Assembly: GCA_905178155.1 (NCBI GenBank)
Contig: CAJINV010000008.1
Coordinates: 186,001-250,000 of the forward strand
DNA: 64,000 nt
Origin: Amoebophrya sp. A120
Taxonomy: Eukaryota > Protista > Dinoflagellata
Direction: 5' to 3'
The notes beneath the pieces were generated by a model. That model worked only from the letters and a program-made list of their open reading frames with translations, ran no database searches and was not told the origin of the DNA. This document shows positions 14,108 to 27,170 of the stretch, piece by piece. How positions within the stretch are numbered: the first letter of the stretch is position 1; the number at the start of each line of letters is the position of its first letter. The translations under genes were made by a program, and so were the position numbers.

Positions 14108-14656
14108 TTATCTCCCGACGGCCGAGGCAATCGGGTGCGCGAATGGAGCTGGGTCAAACCAACGCAGATCGTGCGCAGCGCAGCCCAGAATGCCAGCGGC
14201 TCTGCTCCCACCGAAATGTGAGCGCGCATGCTGCGCCGATAGCTCCAGTGCGGTTCTGGCTTTGTGAAAATTCTCCGAGACGGTCGGTTTGGCGGCCGCG
14301 TAGACAGGAGTAACCAGCCATTCGAAGAAGGATTCGATCTTCGATCTTTCGACCATATTTTTCGCACTTCCCAACGGCTGTAAGACCGCTTTGTCGAGAA
14401 ATTCCACTTCCGCCACAGCGTACTGCTTCTTCAGCAAGAAACGAGCTTGGTTCACTTTTTTGGTCGCGATATCGATCGCCTGAATATGATCGACAGGAAC
14501 CCGTGCCGGGTCACAATAGCCAGCGGTTACGGGAAGCGTCGAGAGCTCGGCGTGGTAGTCCTTAGGTACAAGCGGGTCACCAAAAACCACTTCCTTCAAC
14601 GGATTCAAAACATCCCGACGCATATCAAACACTTGCGACAACTCCGAAAACGACAT
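14108..14656 (-). CDS. Hypothetical protein (~182 aa)
   Basis: Stop-free ORF with globular composition; ATG in AAAATG context. No family recognised. Confidence 0.6.
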   Translation of the reverse strand: MSFSELSQVFDMRRDVLNPLKEVVFGDPLVPKDYHAELSTLPVTAGYCDPARVPVDHIQAIDIATKKVNQARFLLKKQYAVAEVEFLDKAVLQPLGSAKNMVERSKIESFFEWLVTPVYAAAKPTVSENFHKARTALELSAQHARSHFGGSRAAGILGCAAHDLRWFDPAPFAHPIASAVGR

Positions 14657-15457
14657 TTTGCTGCTTGGGTGCTGTTTGGAAATCACTTACAAAAATACGA
14701 AGTGACTGCACACGTATTTGTTCCAATTGGAAGCTACATGATTTTGATTTACATTTACACTCGGCACGTAACGAATATATAAACTCGTCCTTTACTTAGC
14801 AATCATAGCCTCGCTCTTGTTGCAATTACTACTTTCGGCTCCTGTGATCGTCCCAAAATGTTCTTATAAGTTTTTAGGTAGGAGCACAGGCAGAATTTCA
14901 TTTTGAAATCATCTAGATCTTGATCTACATCTTTTCTCGAAGGATGAAAGCTAGCTACAACGAAAGACGAAGCACGCAGCAGGCAACGACAGCAACCTAC
15001 GATAGCGCGGGCGCACGCGCACCTCGACGACAATACGACCAGAATCAGAAGGCACATTATCTATCACAATGACGATACACTCGCGAGTACGAGTTGTTCT
15101 GAATAGCCGTTTTCTTTTCCCAACCTTCGTTCAAGCCACGACGTCGATGACGATGATCGCTTGTTTCGATTCGAAGATGAAAATGAATGCCCGAAACTCA
15201 AACTTCCAAACCCAATGCGAGACAGATAGTAAAGACCACGGGCTTCACTCCGGTGGATGAAGAACAGCAGGAACATGCCGAATGAATGAAAAAAAATGTC
15301 CAAACATCAAAGAAATGCTCTGCCGGCGGCGAAAGCGATAAAACCGTATACGGTTGCGCTTACGGGATTCTGCTTGTGCATGTAAGCAGGTAGTTACACG
15401 CTTCGATGAGACTCGAACTGCCGCTGGCAACTCTCAACGCCTGTGTTCCCTTCAGTA

Positions 15458-17191
15458 TCAGTTCTCGATATTGATACTTTCTTGCAGTTTTCGAATGCGT
15501 CCGCGCATGCGGCTGTAGATGCCTGATTTGGACTGTTTCACGTGCATAGCCAGAAAGGGACGGACACTAGTGATGTACTGCGCGAGCCACGAGACGCGTT
15601 TCGGGGATCTGAGGAACCCGTCCATGGCATGTACGGTGAAAACAAACACGCCTATGGAAAACGTCTCGGAGAGTAGTTCTTCGAGCTCCTTACGGGAGCG
15701 TTTCAGCAGCCTAGCATCTTCGTGCTCCACCTCTTCTTGTTGCTCGACTGCCATGTTGCTGCTGTGTCGTGGATCATCTACTGCGCCGGCGATCGCTTCC
15801 TGCTCACGTGCAAAAAGGGACAGGATATCGCGCTCCTGGGGAGACGAGCAGTTTTTCTCTATTCTCATACGAGCTTGCGCGTTTCTGAGGTGTTCCTTCA
15901 GCAGATCGAAGGAGGACTCGCTCCTACGTGCTGCGCCGGCAGCACTTGCCGCGTGATCGTCTGCTGCAACAACACCAGGTGACGCAGTTTCGGCGAAGAG
16001 GAGTCTGTGCGGATAGAACGAGCACGGGACGCAACTGCCCGTCACGCTTCGTTGAGCTTCTTGAAATTCTTGGCAGGCCAACTGGCCTACAGTCACTTCC
16101 AGTGGATCTTCGTAGTGAATCGGCACCACAATTTGCAATCGAGGGTCTTTGGCAGAGTCGAGCTCGCGTGGGAAGGCGCAAATCCAGATTTTATCCTTGC
16201 TTGCAGGATCGATCAATTGGTAAAGTGGCGCGCCGGACGCGTCCTTTTGACCACCTGCTTTAATAGTCTCGACTGGACCTTCTTCCTCACTGCCGGAACT
16301 GCAGTGAAACGCGTACACGGGAGGCAGCTCCTCCAACCGGCCGGCACGCATGGCGAGCAGGTAGGCACTCAGAGGGAGTTTTAGCATTGTAGCCGGAAGC
16401 CGCGCAAGCCACTGAAATTGCGACTCATGGTAAAACTGGAGCGCGTTTCTAGTACTTGCAGATATGGCACCAGCTCGCGTGGAGGCGGAAGAACTGGAAC
16501 TGGTTCCGCTACTACTAGCCGGGAGCGGCAACAGCAACACCAATTCGTTCCTGTAAATCTTCAAGGAATAGTTCTGCTTCAAATGGTCTAAGGAGTGCTC
16601 CTGACCTGACGGAAACGATCTGTGGCTGAACAAAAGCCCAAGCTCCTTGTCCAAAACGGCACGTGCTATCTGTGTTACCTTGTTCTGGTCCGTCTCTTGC
16701 TCGCGCGAAACCAACTCGTTCAGATATCGAAACTCCAGTCGAAACTCGATCACGGCTTTCCTCACAGAATTGCCGTCTCGATCTTGTACAGCAGATGGAG
16801 GATCTCGATCGGCATTTTTCCGAAGCGCGGAAGCGGTGGAGCTCGGGACTGGCGCCGGAAGGAGGTTTACCGAAGCTGTCAATTCTTCTACCTCGTGCTG
16901 GCGCAAATTGATGCGCCCAACGTAGTAAGAGAACCCGTCAAAGTCCCGAATCCGATTCAGCTCATTTTGCGTCGTCCTCCCGGCAACGGACCGGAACAAG
17001 GCTTCAACCACTTTGGGGTTCAGGCTGTCGATGAAAAGGTACAACTTTTCCGGCGGTATCACATACGGATCCAACACACCACACACCGGCCGCTCTGCTC
17101 GGCTGCTGCTACTCTGTGGCCCGCTCCTATGCAATGTGTGCGGCATGCGTCCGACATTGTTCCCGGTGCCGGCCCCTTTACTGTGCATCAT
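15458..17191 (-). CDS. ARPC2: Arp2/3 complex subunit 2 (p34-Arc)-like, with large insertions
   Basis: Colinear matches to ARPC2: RDFDGFSYYV (cf. ADFDGVLYHI), EDPLEVTVGQLACQEFQEAQR (cf. [21 protein letters not shown]), IGVFVFTV (cf. IGYITFVL), RPFLAMHVKQSKSGIYSRMR (cf. [20 protein letters not shown]). Confidence 0.8.
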   Translation of the reverse strand: MMHSKGAGTGNNVGRMPHTLHRSGPQSSSSRAERPVCGVLDPYVIPPEKLYLFIDSLNPKVVEALFRSVAGRTTQNELNRIRDFDGFSYYVGRINLRQHEVEELTASVNLLPAPVPSSTASALRKNADRDPPSAVQDRDGNSVRKAVIEFRLEFRYLNELVSREQETDQNKVTQIARAVLDKELGLLFSHRSFPSGQEHSLDHLKQNYSLKIYRNELVLLLPLPASSSGTSSSSSASTRAGAISASTRNALQFYHESQFQWLARLPATMLKLPLSAYLLAMRAGRLEELPPVYAFHCSSGSEEEGPVETIKAGGQKDASGAPLYQLIDPASKDKIWICAFPRELDSAKDPRLQIVVPIHYEDPLEVTVGQLACQEFQEAQRSVTGSCVPCSFYPHRLLFAETASPGVVAADDHAASAAGAARRSESSFDLLKEHLRNAQARMRIEKNCSSPQERDILSLFAREQEAIAGAVDDPRHSSNMAVEQQEEVEHEDARLLKRSRKELEELLSETFSIGVFVFTVHAMDGFLRSPKRVSWLAQYITSVRPFLAMHVKQSKSGIYSRMRGRIRKLQESINIEN

Positions 17192-17792
17192 TATGCTCAC
17201 CCGATCTGGCTGTGCTGAAGATTAGAAATAGAGATGAATGGTGGAAAGCTGAATAGATCGAAGATGTAGCTGCTGAAAATGAAATTTCCTCAGACTTCAG
17301 TAATCAGAATCCGAATTCAAGGAACTGTTCTTGTGCCTGTGCCTGTGGCACTGCTGATCGAGTATATCAAGATATTTACACGCTTTCTTGTTATCCTGAA
17401 GAAAAACAATAACAAACCAACACCGCCCCCATAATAAAGTCGCGTGTCTTAACAAAGTAGGGAAGATCGATTGTTGCATCTGAGGGTGAGCAAGAGCATG
17501 AGATCGGGTCGCTCACACTGAAGCTATCGGCTGTAGTTCGTCCCCGTCCGATATTACAAGATACACATTTACAACCCAGCTGATGACATGAAACGCAGCT
17601 CTCTGCTTGTTCAGGTGCAGTACTACATGTAATGTTGAACAGTAGTATTCCTTTGCTTTGATATCGATTTCGATAAGTAATCATCGCGCAATCGCTTCTG
17701 CGACGTTCCATAGACACAATTTTCATCAATCTAGAAGTACCGCTGCTGCATAGAAGACAGTACAAAACCCGCAGAAGTCCAACTCGGCGTAA

Positions 17793-20700
17793 CTATAACA
17801 TGGAGTGAGAGTAATGATCAGAATCGTGCCGCGGCCGTCCTTTTAACACAATCTTCAGTGCCAGCGCGCTGTATGCACTGCCGAGCCTGAGGGACTCAAG
17901 CTCAACCCGAGCAGGTAGGGATTCGCGCCACGCTCCTTCCTTCCGGCAAGTCGCAGCTGTATGGCGTCCTCAAATGTTAATACATTCTCAACTGTTACAT
18001 GATTTGCAATGCAAAATCACAATCAGAATCGACACGATCAAGCTGCTTCGCATGACAAATTCTCGAAGAGCCAAACAGGCTGAGAATCTTTGCCAGATCT
18101 GTTATGCAAGACGCGCAAGGTGACCCCTTTCACTTTTGCCATTCTTGCATCACAAATCCATGTAATAGTTGAGAATGTAACAGTTGAGAACGTCATAAGC
18201 TGCGGCTGCCCCTTTTGCTGTAGAAGTTCATCTGCTGTCGCAAAAGCCGAGACTTCAGGAATCTCTATCTCTGGAGAAAGTGATTGAGCGCAGTCTGGAA
18301 GACTAGTGAAAGCACGACCAGCATGATCGCAAGCAACAAGCTGATCACCGTTCTCCTGGATCTGCTGCGCGTCGTGCGACAAGAGATCATCGCGCAGCAC
18401 TGACATAATTGAGGAACAAGGTCCACTTCGGTTTTCGTGTGCCTTTTCGACCCGGTTTCCACTGCTGCTGCTGGCACGAGTTCTTGCCAGCGTCATAGTC
18501 ATAGACTGCCTCGAGACAGCTGGCGCCCTGGGTGCAGCAACATGATGATCACGGGAGAGGCAGGACGTCGACGCTGACAGCTTTTGGGTGGAGCTTGCCC
18601 GGCGTTTGGGCGGTTGGAACGAGTTGTTGTATTGGCTGCCAGTACTGCTCGTCCTCGAAGCAGCCACGCATCGACTCTCTAGTCCTCGGCGTTCCGGTTC
18701 CCACGGACCATGGCGGCGGTTGACATCCCCGGGAGGCGCAGCTCCCCCCGAAACGCCACTTGACGTGGGTGGTCGCTCCCTTCTGGTGTCGTGCAGGCCA
18801 TTGAAAAAAACCGACGCAGTGCTTCTGGACGTGGTCAGTCCTCGCTGTCGTCAAGTGGTTTCTTTTTCGCGCCCCAGGTACAGGTAGGATCAACAGGAGA
18901 CCGAGACCGAAATAATGGAAATTCTTCTTAACACGAATTATACAAAAAGAAAAAATGAAGCAGAGTTGATGTAGTGGTTGCAGAACATACCCGTACGAAA
19001 AAGGAAAAAGCTATAGCAGTGCCAGTTGTCATAAGTATTGAAGTAAAAGTATGATATTAGTGTATGTACTTGAACGCCGTCGTGGCTGCGCCGTACTATT
19101 GTGACGGGATCCGGAGCCCTTTGCCTTTGCTGGTGTGCCAGGAGATGGGGGGCCGCTTCGAAGAATGAAGCGTTGGCGCGGTCAACTATTCCGCCCCTAG
19201 ATGGAGCTGTGTGTGGTTCGTTGTCCAGTCCACTACTGCTGGTCCCGTAGGGAGGTGACAGCAGTGTACTCGTCCGGCGAAAATGATGCAACGCTTGGTG
19301 AATCGAGGGTCGCGGAAGGGCGGCACTCGCAGTCCCCGAGGATGTGCTGGGCCGCCTCACGCCTCGTTTGCTGTTGCCAGCTGCGTTGGAGGCTGCTCTA
19401 CTTCCGCCAGGGGCTACAGGAAGCATCACGCGAGGCTTTAAGATCGAAGGCGAAGCTGCGACCTGTTGAGTCCATAAATGATTACCTCAGGAGCAGGTAT
19501 GTATTCACATACATTTGTGACAGCAACCCAGTCGGACACGGAGGGACTCATCCTCGAGCATAACAAACATCTGCTGAAGCTGGTGAATCCAGATCTTCAT
19601 CGTCGATCTTCTGGATCAAAATTTATCCAAAATGAAGAAGAAGCTATAGGTGATCAGTGTCAACACGCACCACGACCAGGGGCACAACCGGCAGTATTTT
19701 CAAACAAACAGGACTAGCTCATCATCCTGTCCATGTGTTCTAACTAGTAGCTAAGTTTTGCAAATGCTAGCGCTGGAGACGCTAGCTTTACGTTGTACCT
19801 GCAACACTGTCCCCGAATCTCGTTTTGCTCCAGCAGAATTGCCGCTCAGCGTGCCTGTCCCGACGCCTCGAGTGGTGCTAGTGCCTGTTTTACTCAAACT
19901 GCTTCTGGAGAAATAAAGAGGCCCCCCACGCTCCGAGTGGTCGTAACTCCCCCTGTAGCGGTAGTCGTGCAAGTGTTCTTGATGCGGTGCTGGGGCCGGA
20001 CTTGTCACGAGCTTCGGCGACGCGACGAGCACAGAAGCAAATTCAGAACCTTGATTTGCATCGTCTGCAAAGGGGCTGCATGTGACTGGCTGCAGATGAT
20101 CACGCTGGAGAAATTTTGATGACGAGGAAGCCCTAGTACTCTTTGTCGTTTTTATGATTTGTTGTCTCTCGTCGTCGACGGCCCCCGCACACTTTGCTAC
20201 ATCTGGACCTGGAAGAATTTGATGCAGGTTTTGCGTTTCGTTCCTTCCAGAGGAACGTTCGCACTCAGGGCCAGGTGCTGCTTGCTCTACTTCATCTGTA
20301 GATTCGCGAAGCATCGCAGCGTCATCCATCTCATCCAAAAGTGACTGGCTGAAACTTTTAAAAGTTGACGTTTTTTCTCCAGCCTCAATCGCTAGGCAAG
20401 CGCTGTTAACATGCTGTTTCTGCTGTCGTTGCAAAACGACTGTGGACGAGTGCTGGGTAGGAATCGGCCGTGATGGTCTTGCTGACGAGCGCGCTAGCGC
20501 ATGATCATTTGCGATAGAATGAGGAGGCTTGCTTATTGACAAGCGGTTTTGAGTTGTCCCCCAGTCTACGAGGCCACAGGGATCAAAATCGGCAGGCGAC
20601 ATCGACTCTGGAAGCTGCTGCGAAGTTCGTGGTCTAGAAGAAGTCTCAACAACATCAACACGTCTGTGCAGGTCTGCGTCTGTTCGCTCGCTGCGGTCTT

Positions 20701-23700
20701 CTTTATCCTTATGCGTTCTCCTAGTGCTCGTCGACGTTGCGGATCTACCTTTGATATTCATTTTATCCCGTCGCGAGAACGAGGCAGCGGTCGTGTTTCT
20801 TTTGTTCGTTAGCATCAGGTCGGGAGAGATGGATGAAATAAAAGCCTCGGATTGTGCCCAAGAACGGTCAGCAACTGGTGCAGTTCTTCCCGGATCCTCC
20901 AGATCTCCACTGGCGACACCACCCGGCGGCAGTGGCCAGGTGGAAATCGGCTGCTCCTCTGGCGCCACGCAACTGGTTGCCGCACCATCGCTGCACACGG
21001 GGCTTGGCGATCCCAGAACAGAGAGTGACATGCAACTACCTGACGACTTGCTGAAGACGGTATCCGGGGACGGTGCGGGGGAGCAGATTGACGTTTTCTT
21101 GCTCGAAGACGATCTCGGGTTTGTGTTCGTCGTCGAGTTTGACTTACGATTCCATGAGGACCGTGCCACCGAGACGGAGACCGGGTCTGCAACGCTCTTA
21201 CTCGTGCAATCCAAAAATGTGGTTGGACTCACAGAATCGGGGTCCTGATAAGCGTATTCATTTTTCATGCAGAAGCAGGAGTCGTGACCCGTATGAGGGA
21301 GTAGAGGGAGGGAAGTGAAAACAAAAAATGTTGCTTGCGAGGTGAGGCAGGGCGAAGATGTTGACCATGCATTTTCCTGCACCAGAACACAAGCACTGAC
21401 TAGTACACGAAAATCATACATTATACTGTTCTTGTTCATTTACGATGATCATTACATCAATCTCGTCCTGATCCTACCGATACCATCAAAATGTGAATGA
21501 CGCACTAAAAACAAATGATCGGGGCGTTAAAAATCAAAATGAAGAAAACCATCGTAAGTACCTGGACGTGAGTCGCCGTCATTCGCTGGCAGTCAGGCAG
21601 CAGTCGTGTCTTCGAAGATGAAGCAGTAGACGCGTTGGCGGCGTTGCAGGGCTTTTTCAGGATCCGCCTGCGGCCAGAAGAGCTTCCGGGTGGTGCGGAC
21701 GAACCTTGTGGTGCTGTGCCTCCTGAACCTCCAGTCAGACTTCTGAGACTCGGTTTGGTTCCGCCAGCTGCGCCTGGTGCCGTGGGCGGCATGCCGAGCC
21801 CGTAGTTAGTGCTGGAACGTTTCTGGGTGGCGGTATCCCCGACGGCATGCCTGCTGAATGGAGCGAGCGGCGCTGCTGAGGTACCAGAGGTGCTTGTTCC
21901 ACCGTTGCCCGCTGGACTGGGCAATCCGCTCTGCAGTCTTTGTTGCAGGTGCAACAGCTCTGCTTCGCGGCAGAGCTTTTCTGTCAGAAGTGCCCTTGTC
22001 GTCTCCTGTTGTTGCTCTATTTTTTCGATCAAAATTTTCAAGCGAGCCTCCATCTCGCGCCCCTGCTCCGGCGGAATCCACTTGCTTTCGCGGGCAAGCT
22101 GGTGCCAATTGTTGCGATGCGCCGAACTTGTTGGAGGGGACAAGCCGAGCGGAGGCCTATTAGTTGCCTGCCCCGGAGGACAACGAAGATGCTGTGTGTG
22201 ATGATCTGGAAATTTGGCCCGCTCTATTCCTTGTGCGGCAACTCCCGACCACAGGTTTTTGCTCTTCCGAACCCGCTCGTGGTCCACGGGTGATGCTAGA
22301 TCACCAGCCACGTCCATGGGTGAAAAAATTCGGTCGGATGCGTCGTAGTTAAAACAACTTCCAAGCACCTCCGGTCGGGGCCTTAATTGGTGTCGATAGT
22401 CCTTGTCTTCGTCTACTTGGCCAGCACTCTCCTGCCGATGTTCTCTGCTACCTTGTTGCACATCCTCATCCAGCACACCCTCTTGCGCCTCGTCCTGATA
22501 GTGCTGTAGATCCGCCACGCGTCGGCGCCCTAATTCGTTGCCGACAGAAAAAGCTCCTTGCTGTTCCACCGCGGTCGTTGGCTTCTTGAAGGAAGCAGGC
22601 CTTCGAAGGTTCAGTATCGCTGTTGGTGTGCCGCCCGGGCTTCGCCGCGGCATCAACGTGCGCGTATTCAGCTCAATGGCCGAACTGCTCTTGCCCACTG
22701 TGGCATTATGGGGCTGCGGTGAGATCGTCTCCTGGCTAAAACCGGCTCCGTCAAATGTTAACGTCCGTCGCAGAACTGGAGGGCCAGGTCCACCTGCGGG
22801 AGTAGTTACAACATGATCTCCAATCCCACGTACAACTTGGTCCTGCGGATGCAGTTGCGAAGATGTAGTCCTCAAGGTGGCTCCTCGTGCTGGATCGATG
22901 CTCTTCCTGGGCTCCGGATATGCACTGCAAAAGTATCGTACTAGTATAAATTGCATTACAAATTTTCCCAAGAACAAAAATGCAGTTTGTCATGCTATTT
23001 CAGGTAGAAAATTGGATTTGTCATGCATATCTGTAATTACTACGAATACGATACTTTTGCACAGGATACCGGACTTCCGCGTCGCACAAATGTGGGCGGG
23101 CAGAAGAGCGGCGCGGCCGTACTGGTTTGATGTCCGCTGGCGGCCGTGGCTGAAACACCAGCATCTTCAGCACACTGATGTCGTGAGCCACTAAACGAAG
23201 AGCAAGACGGTGTTGATGATGTCGCAAACAGAGTGGCTGGTCGGGCGCCGGTTGGCTCAGTAGTTGTACCAATAGGTTCTTCTAAACGAGCTGCCATCAT
23301 TTTCCTGTCATCTTCTTGAACAACCAATGGGTCCGATAGCTGCGACGGCAGGCCGCCACTGAAACTCGGGGTCTTGCAGTCAAGGCTCAAATGCACCAAA
23401 TTATCCGTCTCTTCCGGCGACCCAACGGGGGCAGCTGCTACGGCAAGCGTGTTGTTTCTCGCCTGAAACGAAACCGGAGTTGTGGTCAGCGAAACAACAC
23501 CAACTCGGGCTGCCGCCGGTGTACTGCAACCGCTTGTCTGATGTGAGGCGGTCGCGGTTGAAAAAAACCTCAAAGGGGTTGGAACCGTACGCAACGCTGC
23601 TCTTGCACTGGCGGATGCAGAACTGTGAAGGGCCATGCTTTCGGACGATGCCGCCTCGATCCCGATGGAAGGGGCAGAGTGGTTCGCTCGCACTTGGTTA

Positions 23701-23885
23701 ATCGTTTCCACAGCGGATAGCCGGACAGAAGTTGAGCAACTTCCTCCTACTGCCCCAGACTGCGTTGGATTATGCTGCAAAGAGAGCTGCTTCATTGGCT
23801 GCTGTAGCAACATTTTTGGTATCGAGGAGGATGCAATTCCACCCGTTGCAGCAGGTCCCACGATTGGCGAACGCGCGGCGGACAT
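17793..23885 (-). CDS. Very large Ser/Ala/Pro-rich, largely disordered hypothetical protein with one coiled coil; ~6 exons (23885-23070, 22914-21562, 21376-19799, 19462-19070, 18844-18212, 17939-17793)
   Basis: Five consecutive long ORFs joined in frame by phase-0 introns (three GT-AG, two IR-bounded). Coiled coil MEARLKILIEKIEQQQETTRALL. The last exon is inferred. Confidence 0.6.
17940..18211 (-). mobile_element. Fold-back (long IR) element, probably an intron with GG..AG ends
   Basis: About 70-bp imperfect IR (17945-18017 vs 18141-18210) and AAGG DR. Excision opens a 49-codon terminal exon. Confidence 0.6.
22915..23069 (-). mobile_element. Introner-like intron (15-bp perfect IR TGCAAAAGTATCGTA, DR TCCGG)
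   Basis: IR arms at 22926-22940 and 23047-23061; CCGGA at 22914-22918 and 23069-23073. Joins RGSP|EPRKS in frame. Confidence 0.7.
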
Positions 23886-24694
23886 GAGCGGACGAAACGA
23901 AAAATGTAATAACTAGTGATCGGCTCTACCAGGTTGGCGTCGTGGGGAAACGACGCACAAGCAGATAATTCAGGATCTCAATATAGCAGCGCCTCGCGCT
24001 CATTGCAAGGAGCTATATAGTAAGACGAACATGAAGAGCAGACACAATCTTTTTCGTAGATCTTAAAGGAAGTTCCGTCTACTACCTGATTCGTAAATAA
24101 ACACACAATGATTTTTACTACACAATCTTCATGATTCGCGATGCATCTTGCTATTACTATTGGAAACAACTACGACGCCCTCTATTTTATTCGTGTTTCG
24201 TGGAACACCTGGCCTGTGCAAAAACAGTTCTCTGCTGTTTCGCACGGCATGATTGGGCGACTATCTCAGGCATGAGAGTGAGAGCATACGTCAGGAAGGC
24301 AGCCATCGCGCTCCCTGGTCGAGGTTGTCTTTATTTTTCCTTGTCGTAACGTTTTAAAAATTCCTAGGCAATCCTCCAGCACCCGATCGCTTTAGTGCTC
24401 TTGATCTGTAGCGCAGACTTCGATAAAGGTTCACTTCTGAACTTTTGAGTTCATCTTCACCGTCGACAACGATTTTTCGGAGACGTGCCTTTCGACGCCG
24501 AACAAGAAGCAGTGTCCTACTGGATGTACGACGAAGGTCGTTGTGAGTGCGATCTGGGTAAAATCGTCCTCATATGGTGAGCCTCGGTGTCAGTGTAGCA
24601 GTCAAAGTCCTTGTGCAAAAGAAACGCACACCAATTCTTATTCGCTTGTTGTGTATTTTTGAATCAAAGCGCCGGCACCACCAGCTGCTTCGAG

Positions 24695-25771
24695 CTACTT
24701 TTTCTCCGCCTGCTCCGCATCCTCCTTTGCCCTGGCATCGGTGATGATCTTTTCCACCTTCTTCACTGGCACCCGCTCATACTTCACCTTTCCCGTTTCT
24801 GGATGCTTAGTGATCAGCGCCATCTCGTACTTCTCCGGGTCCGGGGTGGTAGTGTCGCCGTTCTTAATGATGACCTTCCCAATCAACGCTTTCACTGCGG
24901 CGTCCGACATGTCCTCTGCTTTCCAATCCTGCTTCAGTGTCGAGTTCGTCATGGGATTATCCCAACTGCCAATCGAATGCGCTCGCCATCCGTCGTATTT
25001 CCCCGCTGGATCGGACTGGTACAATTGAAAACCGAAGTGCTTGTCGTACCTGCAAAGGAATAGGTGGTAAAGTGTGTGTGTGTGTGTGTGAGCCCCCACT
25101 GCATGTAAAGTTGCGTAGGTGTTAGGTGAGGGAATGAACACAAGCATGTTGTACAAGCTTCTTTGATAGTTTTTCTTTTTACACTACGAAACGAAAATAA
25201 TAGCAGCTGTTTGCTGGATGGTGATGCAGGACCTGAGCAAAAGAAATCTGCCAAAAAATGGATCGAGCTGGCATCATAGACTTGAGAGTGAGAAAGTGAA
25301 AGAGAGACAAAAAACGTATAGCTCAAAGCTTGTATAAGTATATGTTGTAAGAACTTACCCTGCGAAGAGGAAGGAAACGCCGAAGGGGCGGAGGCCACCA
25401 AACTGGGTGTACCCCTGCTTGAAGTCACACAAGTGGACAACCAACTGCTCAACCGGGATCGGCTCTCCGTAGCGGTACAAGTACTGTTGGGCATAGAGGC
25501 GGAGCTTAGCAATCAGGGTGTTTGCGTCGGAGGTAAGTCCCGCGACCGCGCAACAGATGTGGTCGTCGATTTCGAAAATTTTCTCGGGCTGCTTGGCTTG
25601 GTCGAGCAATTTGGACGACGTTTTCTTCTCGCCCACCAGCGCAACGCAGTCCTTTCCCAAAACTCCCAGCGCCGGCCCCGCAGCTTTTGTCGCTTCGATC
25701 GCATACTCCACCTGAAACAGCCGCCCCGCGGTGTTAAAGGTCGTCGTTTGCTTGTCGTACCGGTTCGACAT
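24695..25771 (-). CDS. PSMA4: 20S proteasome subunit alpha-3 (alpha type-4), 2 exons (25771-25359, 25049-24695; 255 aa)
   Basis: Alpha signature YDKQTTTFNTAGRLFQVEYA; KQGYTQFGGLRPFGVSFLFAG|YDKHFGFQLYQSDPAG is typical of alpha-3/Pre9. GT-AG intron at 25358-25050. Confidence 0.95.
25072..25090 (+). repeat. (GT)n microsatellite in the proteasome intron
   Basis: gtgtgtgtgtgtgtgtgtg. Confidence 0.9.
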
Positions 25772-27170
25772 CTTTGTCTTTCTGCTTCCAAAACTTCAAC
25801 ACCGATGATGTCAAACAGAAGTTATTTGATACGCATAAAAGACTGACAATGGGAATAGCTTGGCTGTGTTCATGTATAAAAATACTGTAGTACACTGCTA
25901 GGGAGGGTGGAGAGGAAGAAAGACTCAGGGCAGTCTCATTTCAACAGCGATAATAGATTCAAACATTAGGATAAGACAGGAAGAATAGGAACATTGCGCA
26001 ACAAAAATGTAAGAGAATGTAGAAGTTTCTGACTGTTTCTGTTTTTGGTTACAAATGGTCGACCGGATGCACAAGTCGGTGTCGGAAGTCAAAGTAATTA
26101 AGTCTCAACAAGTTCTTCATGAACAAAATGCGCGTGTCCTCTGCTGCGGCACTCTATACCGCAAGCGGGTGTAAGACGAACTGTACGGTTAATTAGGATA
26201 AGATTGGTGGTGCTGATCCTCATCCTTCTTTCAGATCATCGTGAGCAGCATAACCATATGTGAATGTAATAAGGATATGTAGAGTGGAGATCTTGTTCAG
26301 CTGCAGGCGCATCTACATCTATTGAGGCTCTGGAACATCTTGTGGCTTTGTTCGAAGGTCACGCGCCCCTGCGGTCGTATCATGTTTTCATCATGATCAA
26401 CATGAAGTCGAGTTTTATTTGTTCAAGTTACGTCAAGACGGACACGGAGTGGCCCTGTTGTAGCGCTCGTGCTCGTCTTTCTTAGTATCAAGTTTCTATC
26501 TTTCTCGTTGCGTCAAGAAATATCATGTATGTGGAGGACATAGGAGAAGTCATGTTCTCCTTGGTGCAGCCCGTATTTTGCTCTTTCGGTAAAAGCTTTA
26601 TGGCTGGCGTCTCTTTGTATACTTACCGGTCGTAGGCCTAGGTTCTCAAATCGGCAGGGGAGTCAAAGTGATGGTACTGATACGTTGAACTTGAACAAAG
26701 TGAAATCGGACGCTAAGATAGAAGTTGATGTTGATGTGAATGTCGATGTTGTAATAAAAAATCTCATTAATTTTCTACTTCACCAAAGGCAATCTTCGTA
26801 TGCGTCGGCGCGCAAATCCGGCGACAAACATTCACTGTCGACCCAGGTCTCGATGTAGTAACCACCAGAAAGTTCAAGCGCACTGGTATGAAAACCTTCA
26901 AGAAATGTTGCTTCATCTTTTTGTGTTTCCATCCATCGGTTTCATCATCAGACAAGCAAAAGCACCATGAAGTGGAGGGTTGAAAGGAACGTTACGTACT
27001 AGCAGCTGCTTTGTAAAATGAATTTTGAAACTGAAAGTGAAACGGAAAGCTTGAGGAGAGGAAGCAAGCAAACAACTTCGGCACACACAGGAAGTGAAAA
27101 ATCGAATGCCAAGAAGATTGGTTGCAATCACAACAACTCCAAGAATGTTCTATGTTCGTATATCATGTCC

